Assembly (NCBI GenBank): GCA_002104905.1
Contig: MCFE01000284.1
Coordinates: 39,220-103,219 of the forward strand
Origin: Basidiobolus meristosporus CBS 931.73
Taxonomy: Eukaryota; Fungi; Basidiobolomycota
Length of the DNA stretch: 64,000 bases
Direction: 5' to 3'
Positions 40,989 to 53,330 of the stretch are shown here, in pieces. The notes beneath the pieces are model-generated. The model did no database searches. It saw only the letters and a list, made by a program, of their open reading frames with translations, and was not told the DNA's origin. The first letter of the stretch is position 1; each line of letters opens with the position of its first letter. The position numbers were made by a program, and so were the translations under genes.

Positions 40989-41645
40989 ATGGTTTCGGAA
41001 CCCAAACACACGACATCTGAAAAACCTCGGCCCCTACACGTATCCATCCCACCGCGCCCCAAACGTCCGCATTATGTTTCATTTGTATCGCCCGAGTTCT
41101 TATCTCCACAGCTCGAGCGGAAGCGCAAAATTTTATATCGCACACCACTACTCCTGCTACGAATCCTAACCATATCCTTGAGTAGCGTTATATTGCACCA
41201 GGTCCACCAATTGCTCCCTAAGATCCAAAATAAAGGCGAGCTCTACGCCTTGCTGAGCATTGGGATAGTTTCCATTGTGGCAAACAGCGTGTGCATATTA
41301 AACTGGGTCTGGACGCAGGTGCGGTGCCAATCGCGCCAAATGTTGTTGGAGTCTCCGGCGGTAGACCTTGAGCAGACGGAAGAATCCCCCTTGGTGTACC
41401 ATATGACCAGAAGGAGAAGTAGAAAATGGCTTCTATTCTATTTTCATTTGATCATTTGTGTAGCATGGTCCTGCGTTGGCATCAAGCTCTTAGGTACCAA
41501 TTGGAGATGCCCGATTAGTACCCACAGCCTAGACCCGCAATGCAAGACGCCTTGGATGCTCATCCACCTTAGCTTCGGATCCACACTATCCTGGCTACTG
41601 GGGCTTGTGTTGATTTGGATGGATCTTCAGCGGTGTGTCTTCTGA
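40989..41645 (+). CDS. Uncharacterised 4-TM membrane protein, paralogue 2
   Basis: 218-aa ORF with the same motifs and topology as 38590-39219. Confidence 0.75.
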   Translation: MVSEPKHTTSEKPRPLHVSIPPRPKRPHYVSFVSPEFLSPQLERKRKILYRTPLLLLRILTISLSSVILHQVHQLLPKIQNKGELYALLSIGIVSIVANSVCILNWVWTQVRCQSRQMLLESPAVDLEQTEESPLVYHMTRRRSRKWLLFYFHLIICVAWSCVGIKLLGTNWRCPISTHSLDPQCKTPWMLIHLSFGSTLSWLLGLVLIWMDLQRCVF

Positions 41646-43899
41646 GATGTCTTCCAGCTGAGCACAACCCTTCCTCGACGGAAGCCTTGGGAACACTCAC
41701 CAGCGATGGTTGTCCCCGTGGCATCAATGTCACCATCAGTGTTACCGGTTAGCACGCCAAAATCAGTCGATGGCTTGGAGCTTGTAATCCCCTCTACCCA
41801 TGTGTACATAAGCTTGCTTGTAAATATAATAAAGCAAATCCCACTTGATCCACGCGCGCCTCAAGAGTTGTGAGCCTGAAACAGTATCTGAGCTAATGCT
41901 TAGCATCGGGATTTAGATTTGATCTTGCGAATTTGATCAGATGAAGGATATATAAATACAGATTGCAGCCACTTTCGCCATCGTGTATTCTAGTCTCCAG
42001 TCAGTCGGTGCTTGTTTCCTCCCCAAACCTTACTTGGATTCCCGAACGATGTCAAATCGGACCTTTATCCGGCTTCATTGGTCAATGCTGGATATATTGG
42101 AATTCTGATGAAATGCGCGAACCTCACCATTGGATTGATGAGACAAGCCTTTGGTAATTCCCCTTCACCTGCTCCCATTCTAAAAAGGTTCGGTGGCCTA
42201 TCCATAGGCCCGTGGGTTTTCGATGCGCATGCTCAGTTTGCGAATGGCCGAATGCCGGTGCTTGGAAGATAAGCCACCGGGATACCACAAAGTACTTATG
42301 GGAAGTGTGCTACAATCATCTCTCTGCACCTGGCCTCACCATTGTCAGGCCAGTTTTTCTGTTTTACCAAATCCCAGATGCTGCAAATCCTCTGGTCAAG
42401 CTAATCATTAGTGGGATGGCCGTCCGAAGGGATGAAGCCTTCAGCAACATATGTAGCCTGCGCTTTCGGTCCGTGACCACCTTCGAGTCTTGGATGAGAC
42501 TGGCGCTCACAACGAGCATCTCTTGGCATGGATCCTGTTGGAATTTCAGGACAACCTACATTCCCATTGTGGAAAGAATGGCGAACCATGCTGAAGCCAA
42601 TCACTGTATTCACCCGGCCAAAATCGGATATGTAGACTGGGATGATACCTTTTGGCTTAAATTGAAGCTACTTTTCAATTTATCCTGTAGCTACTCTTGC
42701 ACATGGCAGATCTTCGCAGCCTAGTTCAAGTGAAGTGATTTTTCCGTGTCACATCACTGGTAGCGATTATTTAAGGCGGCGATATACTGATAACATCTGT
42801 TATGTATGAAATATGGCCATAAGAGTCAGGAAATGCTTGTGGTCTTTTCCGTGGTAACAGAAAAGTTGTGGTCATGGACTCATGAGAGCAACCACCACTG
42901 ATACCAGAGTTACCGATAAAAGTTGTGTACAATCACTCATAACATGGGTGAGTTTGATAAACTACATTGTTCCTTTGCCATATTTGCAGTAAGGTGTACA
43001 ACATATGCCTGAGTTGAATACATTGGAGTGAAATTGAACGTAGTGTCACGAGGTACAGAGAGTGTACCTGGGTACTACGGGCTAGGTAGACCAAATATCA
43101 TAAGGTGATGGGGCGATTACGGATTCTTATCCAGTAGGTGGGACAGCTCGTTTGTTAGCTTGGATTCTGGTATGGAGACACTATGATGTGAAAACATAGA
43201 TACGCACAAAGTACATCATAGTTATGGTGTGAGGTACAACGACTCTGAACTGGTTTCCACGCTCCAGCTTAGCACGTGAAGCCCCCAGTAGGTTACTTAA
43301 ATCCAAGTTTGCACTATATGCTGTGTGTAGTATTCTTCAAGCATCGCTTTATTTGTAAAAGCCTGATATAGTTCTGGAGTCATTTGGGTTCTTCATATAT
43401 TGCCTAACATCTACCTAGAAGCGTTATAGATATTTACAACAAATAACTTATTAATCATTGCCAAATGAATTTTGCTGAAAAATGGTGAGGAAAATACATT
43501 GCAAGATCTGAGCTTATGTATTTATTAGTTTTACCTAGAAGCTGAAGTACTTAGGTACCATGATCATGCATAAGTTGTGCAAGAAAAGAATATAGCTTCT
43601 AAATGAAATGTACTTGTGTATAACACTTCAACTTCCATATATAATAAGCTCACCTTTAGTAATAAAACACATCTGCCATAAGTTGCTATCTTTCCTGCAT
43701 AAGGCCCTATGAGAAGCTTTAGGTTTGCATTGTAGCAGCAATCTACTGGTAACATTTGTTGCAATATTCTAGTGTGTACTGGTATTGATTTTGAGAACTA
43801 GAAGAATTGCAAGATATTCACTTGCTGTATTATTGAGCTCAAATTAAGTTTTATACTTCTATGGGAGTCTGGTAGACTGGTGATAAGAATGCTTCATGG

Positions 43900-44248
43900 T
43901 GTTGCAATACTCTGAGGTGTATTGGAAGTGATGTGGAGAATTAGAGGATTTACATGTTATTCACTTGTAGATTTATTGATCAAAAGTATGGGATTTACAC
44001 TTTTGATAAAGTAGAGAAAACAAACAAGCAAAGTGTGTTAAGAAAGGTCCCCAGAATATGTGTGCAAAGTTACGGGGCTTTTGGACAACTTTGAGAAAAA
44101 TCATAATCTGGGTACCTGATAATTTGGTGAAAATATTCTAAGTAAATCACGACAAGAAATTTGGTCAGGACAGAATGCTAATCAAAGAATAAGATCTATG
44201 TGGCAAAGTTAGCATGAAAGTTTAGGTGACAACATAATAATTCCAACA
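43900..44248 (-). mobile_element. Solo copia LTR (second subfamily)
   Basis: TGTTG..CAACA with perfect TSD CATGG. Confidence 0.9.
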
Positions 44249-44696
44249 CATGGAAGGCCTTAGGAAGCTGTGAGTAAGATAGGGGGCTTTTGGACAAGCT
44301 TGAACATAGTGAGAACTCCCAGACCTTTAGTAATTCCTTGAGCTAGATAATACTGTACAAACCTAATCTTTAGTGAATATTTCAGAGCTTAGCAATCAGC
44401 CTAATTGAATCTCATTTCATATCAATGGCCAAGGTGTAAAATAAATACTGACAATAAGATTTTGACTTGGCTCTTTAGATGAATATAACTTAAAATCAGT
44501 GAGCTGGTTGATATCAAATCTGGCATAGAGCCTACTCCAATTGTAGTCCTCCTGGAGGACTTGTCTATCTGTCTTCAAGATAGTTCAAATTCAAGGTGTT
44601 CAAAGCGGTTGCTTCAGGAAACATAATATATATATACATAAATATATATAATATCTGTTTTTGCAATATTTACAGATGTTGCTCACTCCATACTCA

Positions 44697-45041
44697 TGTT
44701 GAAAAAATTTGTAATTTCACCTAAATAATCACCTAACTTAGTCACTTAGATCATTACCTACAAATCTTAGAGAATACTGACCAGATTCCTTGATGGGATT
44801 TGCCCATAATATTTTCACCAAAAGATCAGGTACCCAGAACATGAAAATACTCAAAGTTGTTCAAACAGCCCCAAACTTTACATACATGTTTTTGAGACCT
44901 TTCTAAATTTATTCTGTGTTTGTTATACCATACCATAAAGAGAATAAATACTACTTTTACATTCCATAAATCATTAAGTGAAAACCACACAATCTACTTG
45001 TTCTCCAAATCACTTCCAGTATCCCCAAGACTCTTACAACA
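44697..45041 (+). mobile_element. Solo copia LTR (main subfamily)
   Basis: TGTTG..CAACA with perfect TSD ACTCA; similar to 655-1003. Confidence 0.9.
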
Positions 45042-47264
45042 ACTCAAGCCCAAGTAACTCCGTAGACTCTTACTTCTAACCTCACTCTTCCCTGGATAAT
45101 TCTGTATTCAGGGGTTGCTCCATATACCTTTTGCAAATGTAGCATTCTGAGATTTCTTAAGGCATCTGATGAAACTGATATACCTAACAAGCTCTGTGTT
45201 TTACCTCCATTATCTTCACAAACCCTGTGGAAAATCTCAAAGGTGGAATTCATTGGATTTTGAGCTGGCATTCAGCTGGTATTTTGCTGGTTTTTCTGCT
45301 TCAAGTTCTGAGTTGCAATTCATGGTAGATGTAGTGAGCAGCTGATTACCAAGTTTGATATGTAGGCTAGTTTGCCTAGTCTCCATCTGGAAAGAATATC
45401 TGCTTGACTACTCTGATGATAATACCTGAGATGTTGAGAGTTGTTACTTTTGCAAAAGTTAGAACTCAGTTGATATTTTTGCAGTTTTCTGCTAGCCTTG
45501 TTTTAACCCTTTTAGGGAAAGCTAGCAATAATCAGCATAACTAATAGAACTAGATTGATTTGAATGTGGCATGACCTCTTCTGACTTGCCCAATCAAGTC
45601 TTATGACATTGACCTGGCTATTTAGATGATGCTTATCATTTCTCCCCATGTTTATTGTATGAATTTGCTTTCACTATTTATAATGGAATATTGGGTACCC
45701 TGAACCTCAATGATTAGCTTTGTGCAAAGCTCCCAAGCTTTGCATCCAAACTCTCAGGACCTTGCTAAGCATATTTGGGATCCTGGTAAGAGTATAGATC
45801 CACTCTAGCAGGTTGTACAGCATTAGATGAAAATTGATTAAAGTCACATACTAGCATATGAGTATCAGATTATCATAGCACATATATACAAGCTTGCAAC
45901 CATCAATTTTTTGGTCCCAATCACTATTTAGATCTACATTGAGTAATATACTAGAATGTCAGAGCTCATATCATCAGCATTGTCAAAGCTCTCTAAAGAC
46001 TCCAACAAACTTCACACAGGTTCTTAGGACCTTTTCAGGCATGCTTTACATGCTTATCAATTTTACATTTAGAAAATTGCCAAGTGAAGCCCACACAATC
46101 TAATATTTCCTCCAATACCTCCAAATTCTTGTATCATAAATGCCTTAGCCCCTACCCTGTGCATCATTTTATGGCATCAAGTGTATGTATTGCAGCATAA
46201 TTTGCCTGAAAGCAAATATAGGTAATGGAGCTCAATAACTAACAAGTACATTGTCTGCCTTCTGCAATACCGATTGCACTCTCAGGACCTACTTGATCTA
46301 AGCTTTAATCTTACTACTCAATTGGAACCACATATCTTTGCCAATTCTTAATGAATAGTACTCATCAGTGCTTATAAAGCATTGATATGTGTATGCTAAG
46401 ACTTGTACACATTTCCTTGGCACTGGATCCCATATGAACTTCTGCTTCAAATAGCTATATCCTACAATTGGTATAGGATGTACACTATTACATAGCATTT
46501 AATAATGTCAAATTAATTGCAACTAAGCAGGTATCCAATTTCTATTCACAACTATCAGGAAAAAGCAATGTAAGCTTGATGCAAGGATTCCTGTTATGTA
46601 AAGTCATCCACTGAAACATGCCAAGTAAGGGGGCTTTGGATAAATATAAATATATTCTAAATCCCATACATGAAATATTCTTTTAAATTGTACAATAATG
46701 ATTAAAGGATCTAAGGAATTTTATCAATGGGCTGCTGATTTTCAAGCAAGACTCCATTGGTGAATTGAGAATCACCTTTGACCATTTATCTGGCTCATCG
46801 GGGCTGCGGCTGCTGGGTGATCTAAAACTGAGAAGGATAGCAAAATCTCCATAACTGAAGTAGCTCATGATATCAAAGGAGCAAAGGAAGCATAAATCTT
46901 AATGCGGGATTGTCTCATTGGTACAAATCATCTCACAGTGAACAAATTTGCGAGATCAGCATATGTGTCAAACATAGAGGTGCTGAGGTCCAGAAATGTG
47001 CGTTGGCATCATATAGCATGGCCACAGTACTATGTAGCCTCTGGATATATTCAAGGTGCAGCTCATGTTACAAGAATAAAGCTTGGGTTCAATGAGTAAG
47101 TTTATTTGACAAACTAAGGATGGGATCAGTTTTTTGGATTTTACATAATTCACAGATACAGGTATGTTATAGCCAGGAATGTACTAAAGATTAAATATTA
47201 CATGCGTTACAGTATGCATAGATCTCCAGGGTCCACGGAGAAATGCGGTGATGAAACCATTCCG

Positions 47265-47711
47265 CTAGTTACAAATGGTGTAGTTGCCGTTAGGGTCCGG
47301 AGTTAACTCGAAAGGGGGAGTTTGGGCTGAACAATCTCCATCGTTGCCTGGGGTGCTTGAATAGACTCTGACATAGTATTCTCCCTCTCTTTGCAAACAA
47401 AGTGGGACGGAGAGGTTAAAGGCGTAGTGCCCGATAGAAGCATCAACACCAGGGTAGCTACGGAATTGCGTGTGCAAGAATTCGTCGGTTTTCGCGCTGA
47501 AGAGGCCAATCTCTCTGATGTACTGGACTTTGGAATGGCGAACTGTCCATTTCACGGAAACTTCATCATTGGCAGCAAAGTCAGTACTGTTGCCCTCGGT
47601 ATGACGAAGAGGGGCAACACGAAAGCCTCGGCATTTATCGCTCGCTCCAATAGGAGCAGCTGAAATTTGAGCAGCCAAAGCGACCAGAATGCAGGTGAAG
47701 AAGGATTTCAT
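47265..47711 (-). CDS. Small secreted protein (148 aa, beta-rich, Cys-containing)
   Basis: Signal peptide MKSFFTCILVALAAQISA; four Cys in the mature part; N-glycosylation sequons NST, NLS, NYT; normal CpG content and biased codon usage. Confidence 0.8.
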   Translation of the reverse strand: MKSFFTCILVALAAQISAAPIGASDKCRGFRVAPLRHTEGNSTDFAANDEVSVKWTVRHSKVQYIREIGLFSAKTDEFLHTQFRSYPGVDASIGHYAFNLSVPLCLQREGEYYVRVYSSTPGNDGDCSAQTPPFELTPDPNGNYTICN

Positions 47712-49656
47712 GTGTATAGTGTGGAGTGTGGAGGGTGAAGTGAGAAGTCAGGAATGTAAGAAAATGGTTAATGTGGTTTTGAAATACACAAGATCGCTTA
47801 TATACGCAAACAAATCCATGAAGGAGCCCCGAATATAGCCAGCACAAATCGAGTCAGCTGACACTGGGGACTATTTTTAGCGAGATGGCTGTTGGAGGTA
47901 AGCTTGAATACTTGGTAACAAGAAATGGACTCCAGTGCATGTAATTGATAAACAAGGAAGTCTCATCCCCATTTGCTTGGGATCTACCGGAGGCAATGGC
48001 ATATCGTAAAGTATAACATATGTGTTGGCAGTGAATTACGTAAATTCGTCAGGTATTTTTATTCTGGCCAATTGCAGTGGAGCGGATGGTGCCAAGCTAT
48101 TAATACCATCCTCGTAGCCAAACCTGAGGCCAACTGCTGAATTGGTTATGTAGAACGTCACACAGATGGTTCCAAATAGTAAGCACCTTACGTTATTGCA
48201 GCGTACCGCCGGCCAAATCGTTCCCACAAAAACTCAGGGCGCACGACCTATGGTATCCTGACTCAAGTGAAGCTTGTTTGTTTGGGAAATGAAACTAAGT
48301 GCTTCCTTCCGATAGACCTCATCTGGACGCCTAGGTCAAAGGCTAAGGAGACACTCTGTACTGCTGTCAAAAAGCGGTCTACTGGTGCTGGTGAGGAGAG
48401 CTGCCAAACAAGCAACGAACCCCCGCGATGACAGCTCCAACGCAGAAAATGGTCAGCGGATGGCGTCCACCTTCCGCAGAGAAGTCTAGCTCTACCGCCG
48501 TCCCCTTCTCATTGGCCCATCCCATCGTTATTTGTTGATGATGAGGTGTACCTTTCTATTGAACCAGATCATACGGAGTATTCGATCACCTGGCTGGCGT
48601 CCTCCCTAAAACAAGCGTAGTGCAGAGCAGCAAGCCTCATTGGCTCACAGATGACGACCAAGAAAGACCTGTCGGGCAATTTGATTGGTGTCCTGGCAAC
48701 TCTCTTGGCCATATTGGGGATGTACGATTAGTTCTTTAGTAGTCAGTTTAAATCTCTCATCAGTGCAGCCTCATATGGGCACACTGCGCAGATCACTGGT
48801 CAAAGACAGCTATCGGCCCAACGGAAAAAACTAACAGTTCGGTTAGTATCGCCATCGGAAATCCGGAGCGGATAGCTTGATCAGCAATGCACATTGGAAT
48901 TCCATCCGGAAACTGTGTAGTGAGTGTGTGCTTGACTCGATGTTCTTTTCAACTAAAGGATGCTCCTGAGGCTAGAGCTGTACAACCAATATCCATCTCC
49001 GCTAAGGTCCAGATGCTGTTGGTGGTGGGTAGTCGTCAGCACTTGACCACCTGAGCCCAATCGATATACCAGTATATAGGCTTTCGGGAAGGCTTAGTTC
49101 GAGTCCTGGAATATACAAACACTTGTCTTGAATTTGGTAGGATAAAAGCCTGTATTGGGATGCAACTAAGTCAGTCCTGTGACTTGTGGTCAGAACAAGA
49201 ATTTGTTGCAAAACAGATGAAACGTTTCAGTCTGCTACTCTCCAAATATGGTCAAATAGCCATCGCCTTCTTGTTCTAGGGGTAGTCAAGATCACCATAT
49301 GATGCGACCAACTCGTACCAGGCTGGTGGGTTGAATGACACCGCTATCTGCAACAACACTATCCCTATGCATCGTACATTACACAGTGCGGTTGGAGCTC
49401 CATATATCTGGCCAGTGATTCATCCAATTTCTTAGACTTCAATAACTGTGTCAGCGATCCATCCTGAAGCCTAGGCAACTAAGTACCTTACTCAGCTGCA
49501 ATTGATGTCAACTGATTGCTCTAGGCATGGTTTGCTAATAGTAGGTTTATGCTAGATATTGCTTTCTCCTTACAAATGCCTTACCTACCAACTACTAATT
49601 TTTCTATATTTGAAGGGAACTGATTCTTTGGTTTGATATTGACCATAGGTTGTAGT

Positions 49657-50003
49657 TGTTGTAAGAGTCTTGGAGATATTGGAAGTGTTTTGGAGAACAA
49701 GTAGATTATGTGGTTTTCACTTAATAATCTATTGGATGTAAAAGTAGTAGTTATACTGTTACATGGTCTTGGCATAACAAACACATAGAGTAGGTTTAAG
49801 AAGGTCCCAAGAACATGTGTGCAAAGTTTGGGGCTGTTTGGACAGCTTTGAGAATATTCATGTTCTGGGTACCTGATATTTTGGTGAAATATATTAGGTA
49901 AATCCCAACAAGCAATTTGGTCAGTATTCCCTAGGATTGAAGGTTATGATGTAAGTGACCAAGTTTGGTGAATATTTAGGTGGTATTACAAATTCTTACA
50001 ACA
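49657..50003 (-). mobile_element. Copia LTR with non-matching flanks
   Basis: TGTTG..CAACA; flanks on the element strand are CCAAT and ACTAC; adjacent to an RT fragment at 50004-50163. Confidence 0.85.
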
Positions 50004-50163
50004 ATTGGTGGCTATGATAAGACATCCACATATCAAGCTAATAGAACTGGATTTGCTCTCTCTGGCTTATAGTATATACTATAGTCAGCATTACTCCTTT
50101 TGAAACTCAAAGATTCCAAATAAAAATCTATCCTGCAATTCCAGGCTCTTGGTAATTGTTTTA

Positions 50164-51621
50164 TGTTGTAAGAGTCTTGGAGATATTGGAAGTGATTGGG
50201 AGAACAAGTAGATTATGTGGTTTTCACTTAATGATTTATTGAATGTAAAAGTAGTATTTATACTTTTACCTGGTCTTGGCATTACAAACACGTAGAATAG
50301 GTTAAGGAAGGTCCCAAGAACATGTGTGCAAGGTTTGGGGCTGTTTGGACAATTTTGAGAATTCTCATGTTCTGGGTACCTGGTATTTTGGTGAAAATAT
50401 TCTAAGTAAATCCCAACAAGGAATTTGGTCAGTATTCTCTAGGATATGAAGGTAATGATCTAAGTGACTAAGTTAGGTGAATATTTAGGTGGAAATACAA
50501 ATTTTTACAACACTCCCACTCAGCTAAATGTTCATACTGACTAGTCCTAATTTTGACCTAAGATATTCAAACTTGTCTCTAGCTAATGATTTGGTAAATA
50601 TGTCTGCAATCATTTCATCAGTAGGACAGTAAACTAAGCTAACTAGGTTATTCTCTATAGCTTCACATATGAAATGATGTCTAATATCCATGTGCTTGGT
50701 TCTAGCATGAAAAGTTGGATTTCTGCCTAAGAGTATACATCCTGGATTATCTTGAAACAAAGTAATAGGCATTTTTGACATAGGCCTAAGTCTGTAAAAG
50801 GTTTTCTAAACCACATTTCTTCTTTTTTAGCTTCACAGGCTGCCATATACTCTGCTTCTGTGGTAGAAAGTGCTACGGTTGGTTGCTTTCTTGAATTCCA
50901 TGAAATTGCTCCTTGACAGTAAAGAAAGGTGTATCCTGTGGTGGATCTTCTGTCTTCTAAATTTTGTCCCCAATCTGCATCAGAGTATCCCACAAGAGCT
51001 TGTTCTGAATCCTTATAAGTGTATCTTAAGCAGATATCAGCAGTTCCTTTTAGGTATCTAAATATCTGCTTAACTGCTGCAATATGATCAGATCCATAGT
51101 TTTGATTATGTTGGCTGACAACTTCCACTGAATATGAGATATCTGGACGTGTTCCAAGCATGATATACATCCAACTGCGGACCATGGATTGATAAGGAAA
51201 GTCAGGGCTTTCAGATGGCACCAAGCTCTCTTGATTTGGTTGAGTTTTGACCAAGTTAAGGTTTGTCTCCATTGGGGTAGCTGCCGGTTTACAGTCTTCC
51301 ATTTGGTACTTCTTTAGTATATCTTGAATATACTTGGATTGACTTAGGGTGATAGTCTGGGTACTTCTGTCTATGGAGAACTTAATCCCTAAGTAGTAAC
51401 TAAGTTCTCCTAGATTGAACATCTTGAACTCCTTAGATAGGCTGGATTTAGTCTCTTCCAATGTTTCTAGGTTATTGGTGGCTATAATAAGATCATCCAT
51501 ATATAGAGCTAATAGAACTGGATTTGCTCTATCTGGCTTATAGTATATACTATAGTCAGCATTACTCCTTTTGAATCTCAAAGAATCCAAATAAGAATCT
51601 ATCTTGCAATTCCAGGCTCTC
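50164..51621 (-). mobile_element. 3' half of a copia element (RT/RNase H, PPT, 3' LTR 50164-50512)
   Basis: ORFs 50727-51590 (LYMDDL, LGTRPDISYSV, SRKQPTVALSTTEAEY) and 50524-50781 (RTKHMDIRHHF); PPT next to the LTR; truncated at 51621. Confidence 0.9.
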
Positions 51622-52317
51622 TGTTGTGCATCAACATTTAAAACTTAGCCAATTTTACTTCGTTTGAAAATCTAGTACCCTAACTGATTTTCCCTAACCC
51701 AGACATAACAAATCCCAGTTACAGTTTATTTTATCCCACCTCAGAATCTATTTTTAGCTATCACACCTGATCTATTTCAAATGGTCATTACGTTATCAAC
51801 CTATCTGCCAAGCCTTCCCAGGTGATTAGTCATCTGAGATCTATCCAACCACTGTGCAGTTGCCAAGACATCAGTTGATTAATGATGTAATTTTCATTTA
51901 TCTTATGCACCTATGAACACCCATATTGATTTCAATCAATCCAGTCCCTTAGCGCTTACTAATTCAACTTGATCAGAAAAGTATAAATAAAGTTTACTGA
52001 ACCTTTTGGTTTAGTGTGTGTCTCAACGGAATTAAGATTCTGTCTCAGCAAAAATAAGAATCCAACAATTCTGTTCTAGTTTCTATCCAAGCCTAGTATA
52101 TCTAGCACCCCAAAGAACACCAAGCCTAGCCTGCCTAGCAAACAAATATCATTGTCTTTATAGCCAACCCAGCTATATCCAAGACCAATATTAGATCAGA
52201 ATCTTTCTGCTAATATTTCCGCCACTCTCTGACAATTCTAAGATTCTGCACTTAATTGTCCCTTTGGTTCAGTTAAACCATTCAAGAGCTTTATTACACT
52301 TTCTCTTGGATACAACA
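51622..52317. mobile_element. Candidate 696-bp LTR of a different family, with non-matching flanks
   Basis: Begins TGTTG and ends CAACA exactly where the copia RT (left) and the LINE RT frame (right) break off; TATAAATAAA inside; flanks CTCTC and ATAAG. Confidence 0.5.
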
Positions 52318-53222
52318 ATAAGTGGTAGATTGCATATTTGGATGCAAAATGTAGGCCTTTGAGTCCTGATATAAAGCCATGATAAGAGCTGTAATTGAAG
52401 GTCCAGCAAAAGCTTCAAGATTTCTCCAAAGTAGGTTACGGTCAACTGCATCAAATGCACGGGTAATATCCAAGAGTACTGCTGGAAATTTGTTACAGAG
52501 TGTGTGGTCATGGCTTAGCATGACAGCCATTTCTAGCAAGACTCTAGGTATAAAACCAAACTGATTTGCTACAAACAAGCCACTAGATGAGAGTTGCAAA
52601 GCAATTAACAGTTCCAATACCTTTCTGCAAGCTGATAAGAGGGAAACAGGGCAATAGGATTCTGCCAGTTTGGCTGAGCCTCTACCTTTGTATAGAGGAA
52701 TCACCTTTGCAACCAGCCATTCCAATGGCATTTGCACATGTGAAATACACTGCAAATAGAATGGGAGCAATATATGTGCCATGGCAGCAGGTGCCAGCTT
52801 CAAGATTTCATATGTTATATTGTCATGACCTGGTGCGGTATTGTTGGGTAGCTTATGAAGAGTTGCCTCTAAAGTAGCTGCATCCAGGTTAATTGCGTGA
52901 GAGCAATCTCTTGAAGTAGCTGTATAGGGCTTGGAGCTGTATATGTCTTGCACAAAGAAAGCAGCAGCTAAAAGATTGGGACTTGGTAGATCTTTTGAAG
53001 CTGGCTGTAGAGCTTGATATATTCTTGATATGCTTCTAGTGGTGTCTGCAGCAGTCTTCAGTGGTAGAGAGTGCATTATATGATTCCAGTAGGATGCATG
53101 TTTTTGAAGATTTTGAAGTTTCACATATTTGCCTGCATCATCCAATAGCTGCTTTGGTGAGGGGTTAGGGAATTGGCAATAGCTCTGGGACAGTGCATAC
53201 ACTATGTTATGCCACTTAGGGG
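52318..53222 (-). pseudogene. RT fragment of a second, divergent telomeric LINE family
   Basis: About 300 open codons colinear with ORF2 (APGHDNITYE, IPLYKGRG, QFGF, LDITRAFDAVDRNLLW); cut before the QG motif by the LTR candidate. Confidence 0.85.
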
Positions 53223-53330
53223 CTAGGGGAGGGAAAGTCACCAAGGTAGGTGAAATCTTTATTTGATTTAGGGGGGAGACAGTCACCAACAGGTGAAATC
53301 TTTATTTCAGTTGAAACAAAGAAGCCAGCG

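Noticed and set aside
42212-42724. 170-aa ORF with non-ATG start
   Set aside because: No ATG start, no motifs, overlapping competing short ORFs.
52200-52300. Inverted APE start (LNC-like) on the plus strand
   Set aside because: Similarity is short and needs frameshifts; the segment is better explained as the end of the TGTTG..CAACA LTR candidate.
53226-53330. Hammerhead ribozyme in the module tails (as in Penelope/Terminon elements)
   Set aside because: A GAAA follows a stem, but no CUGANGA core is present on either strand.
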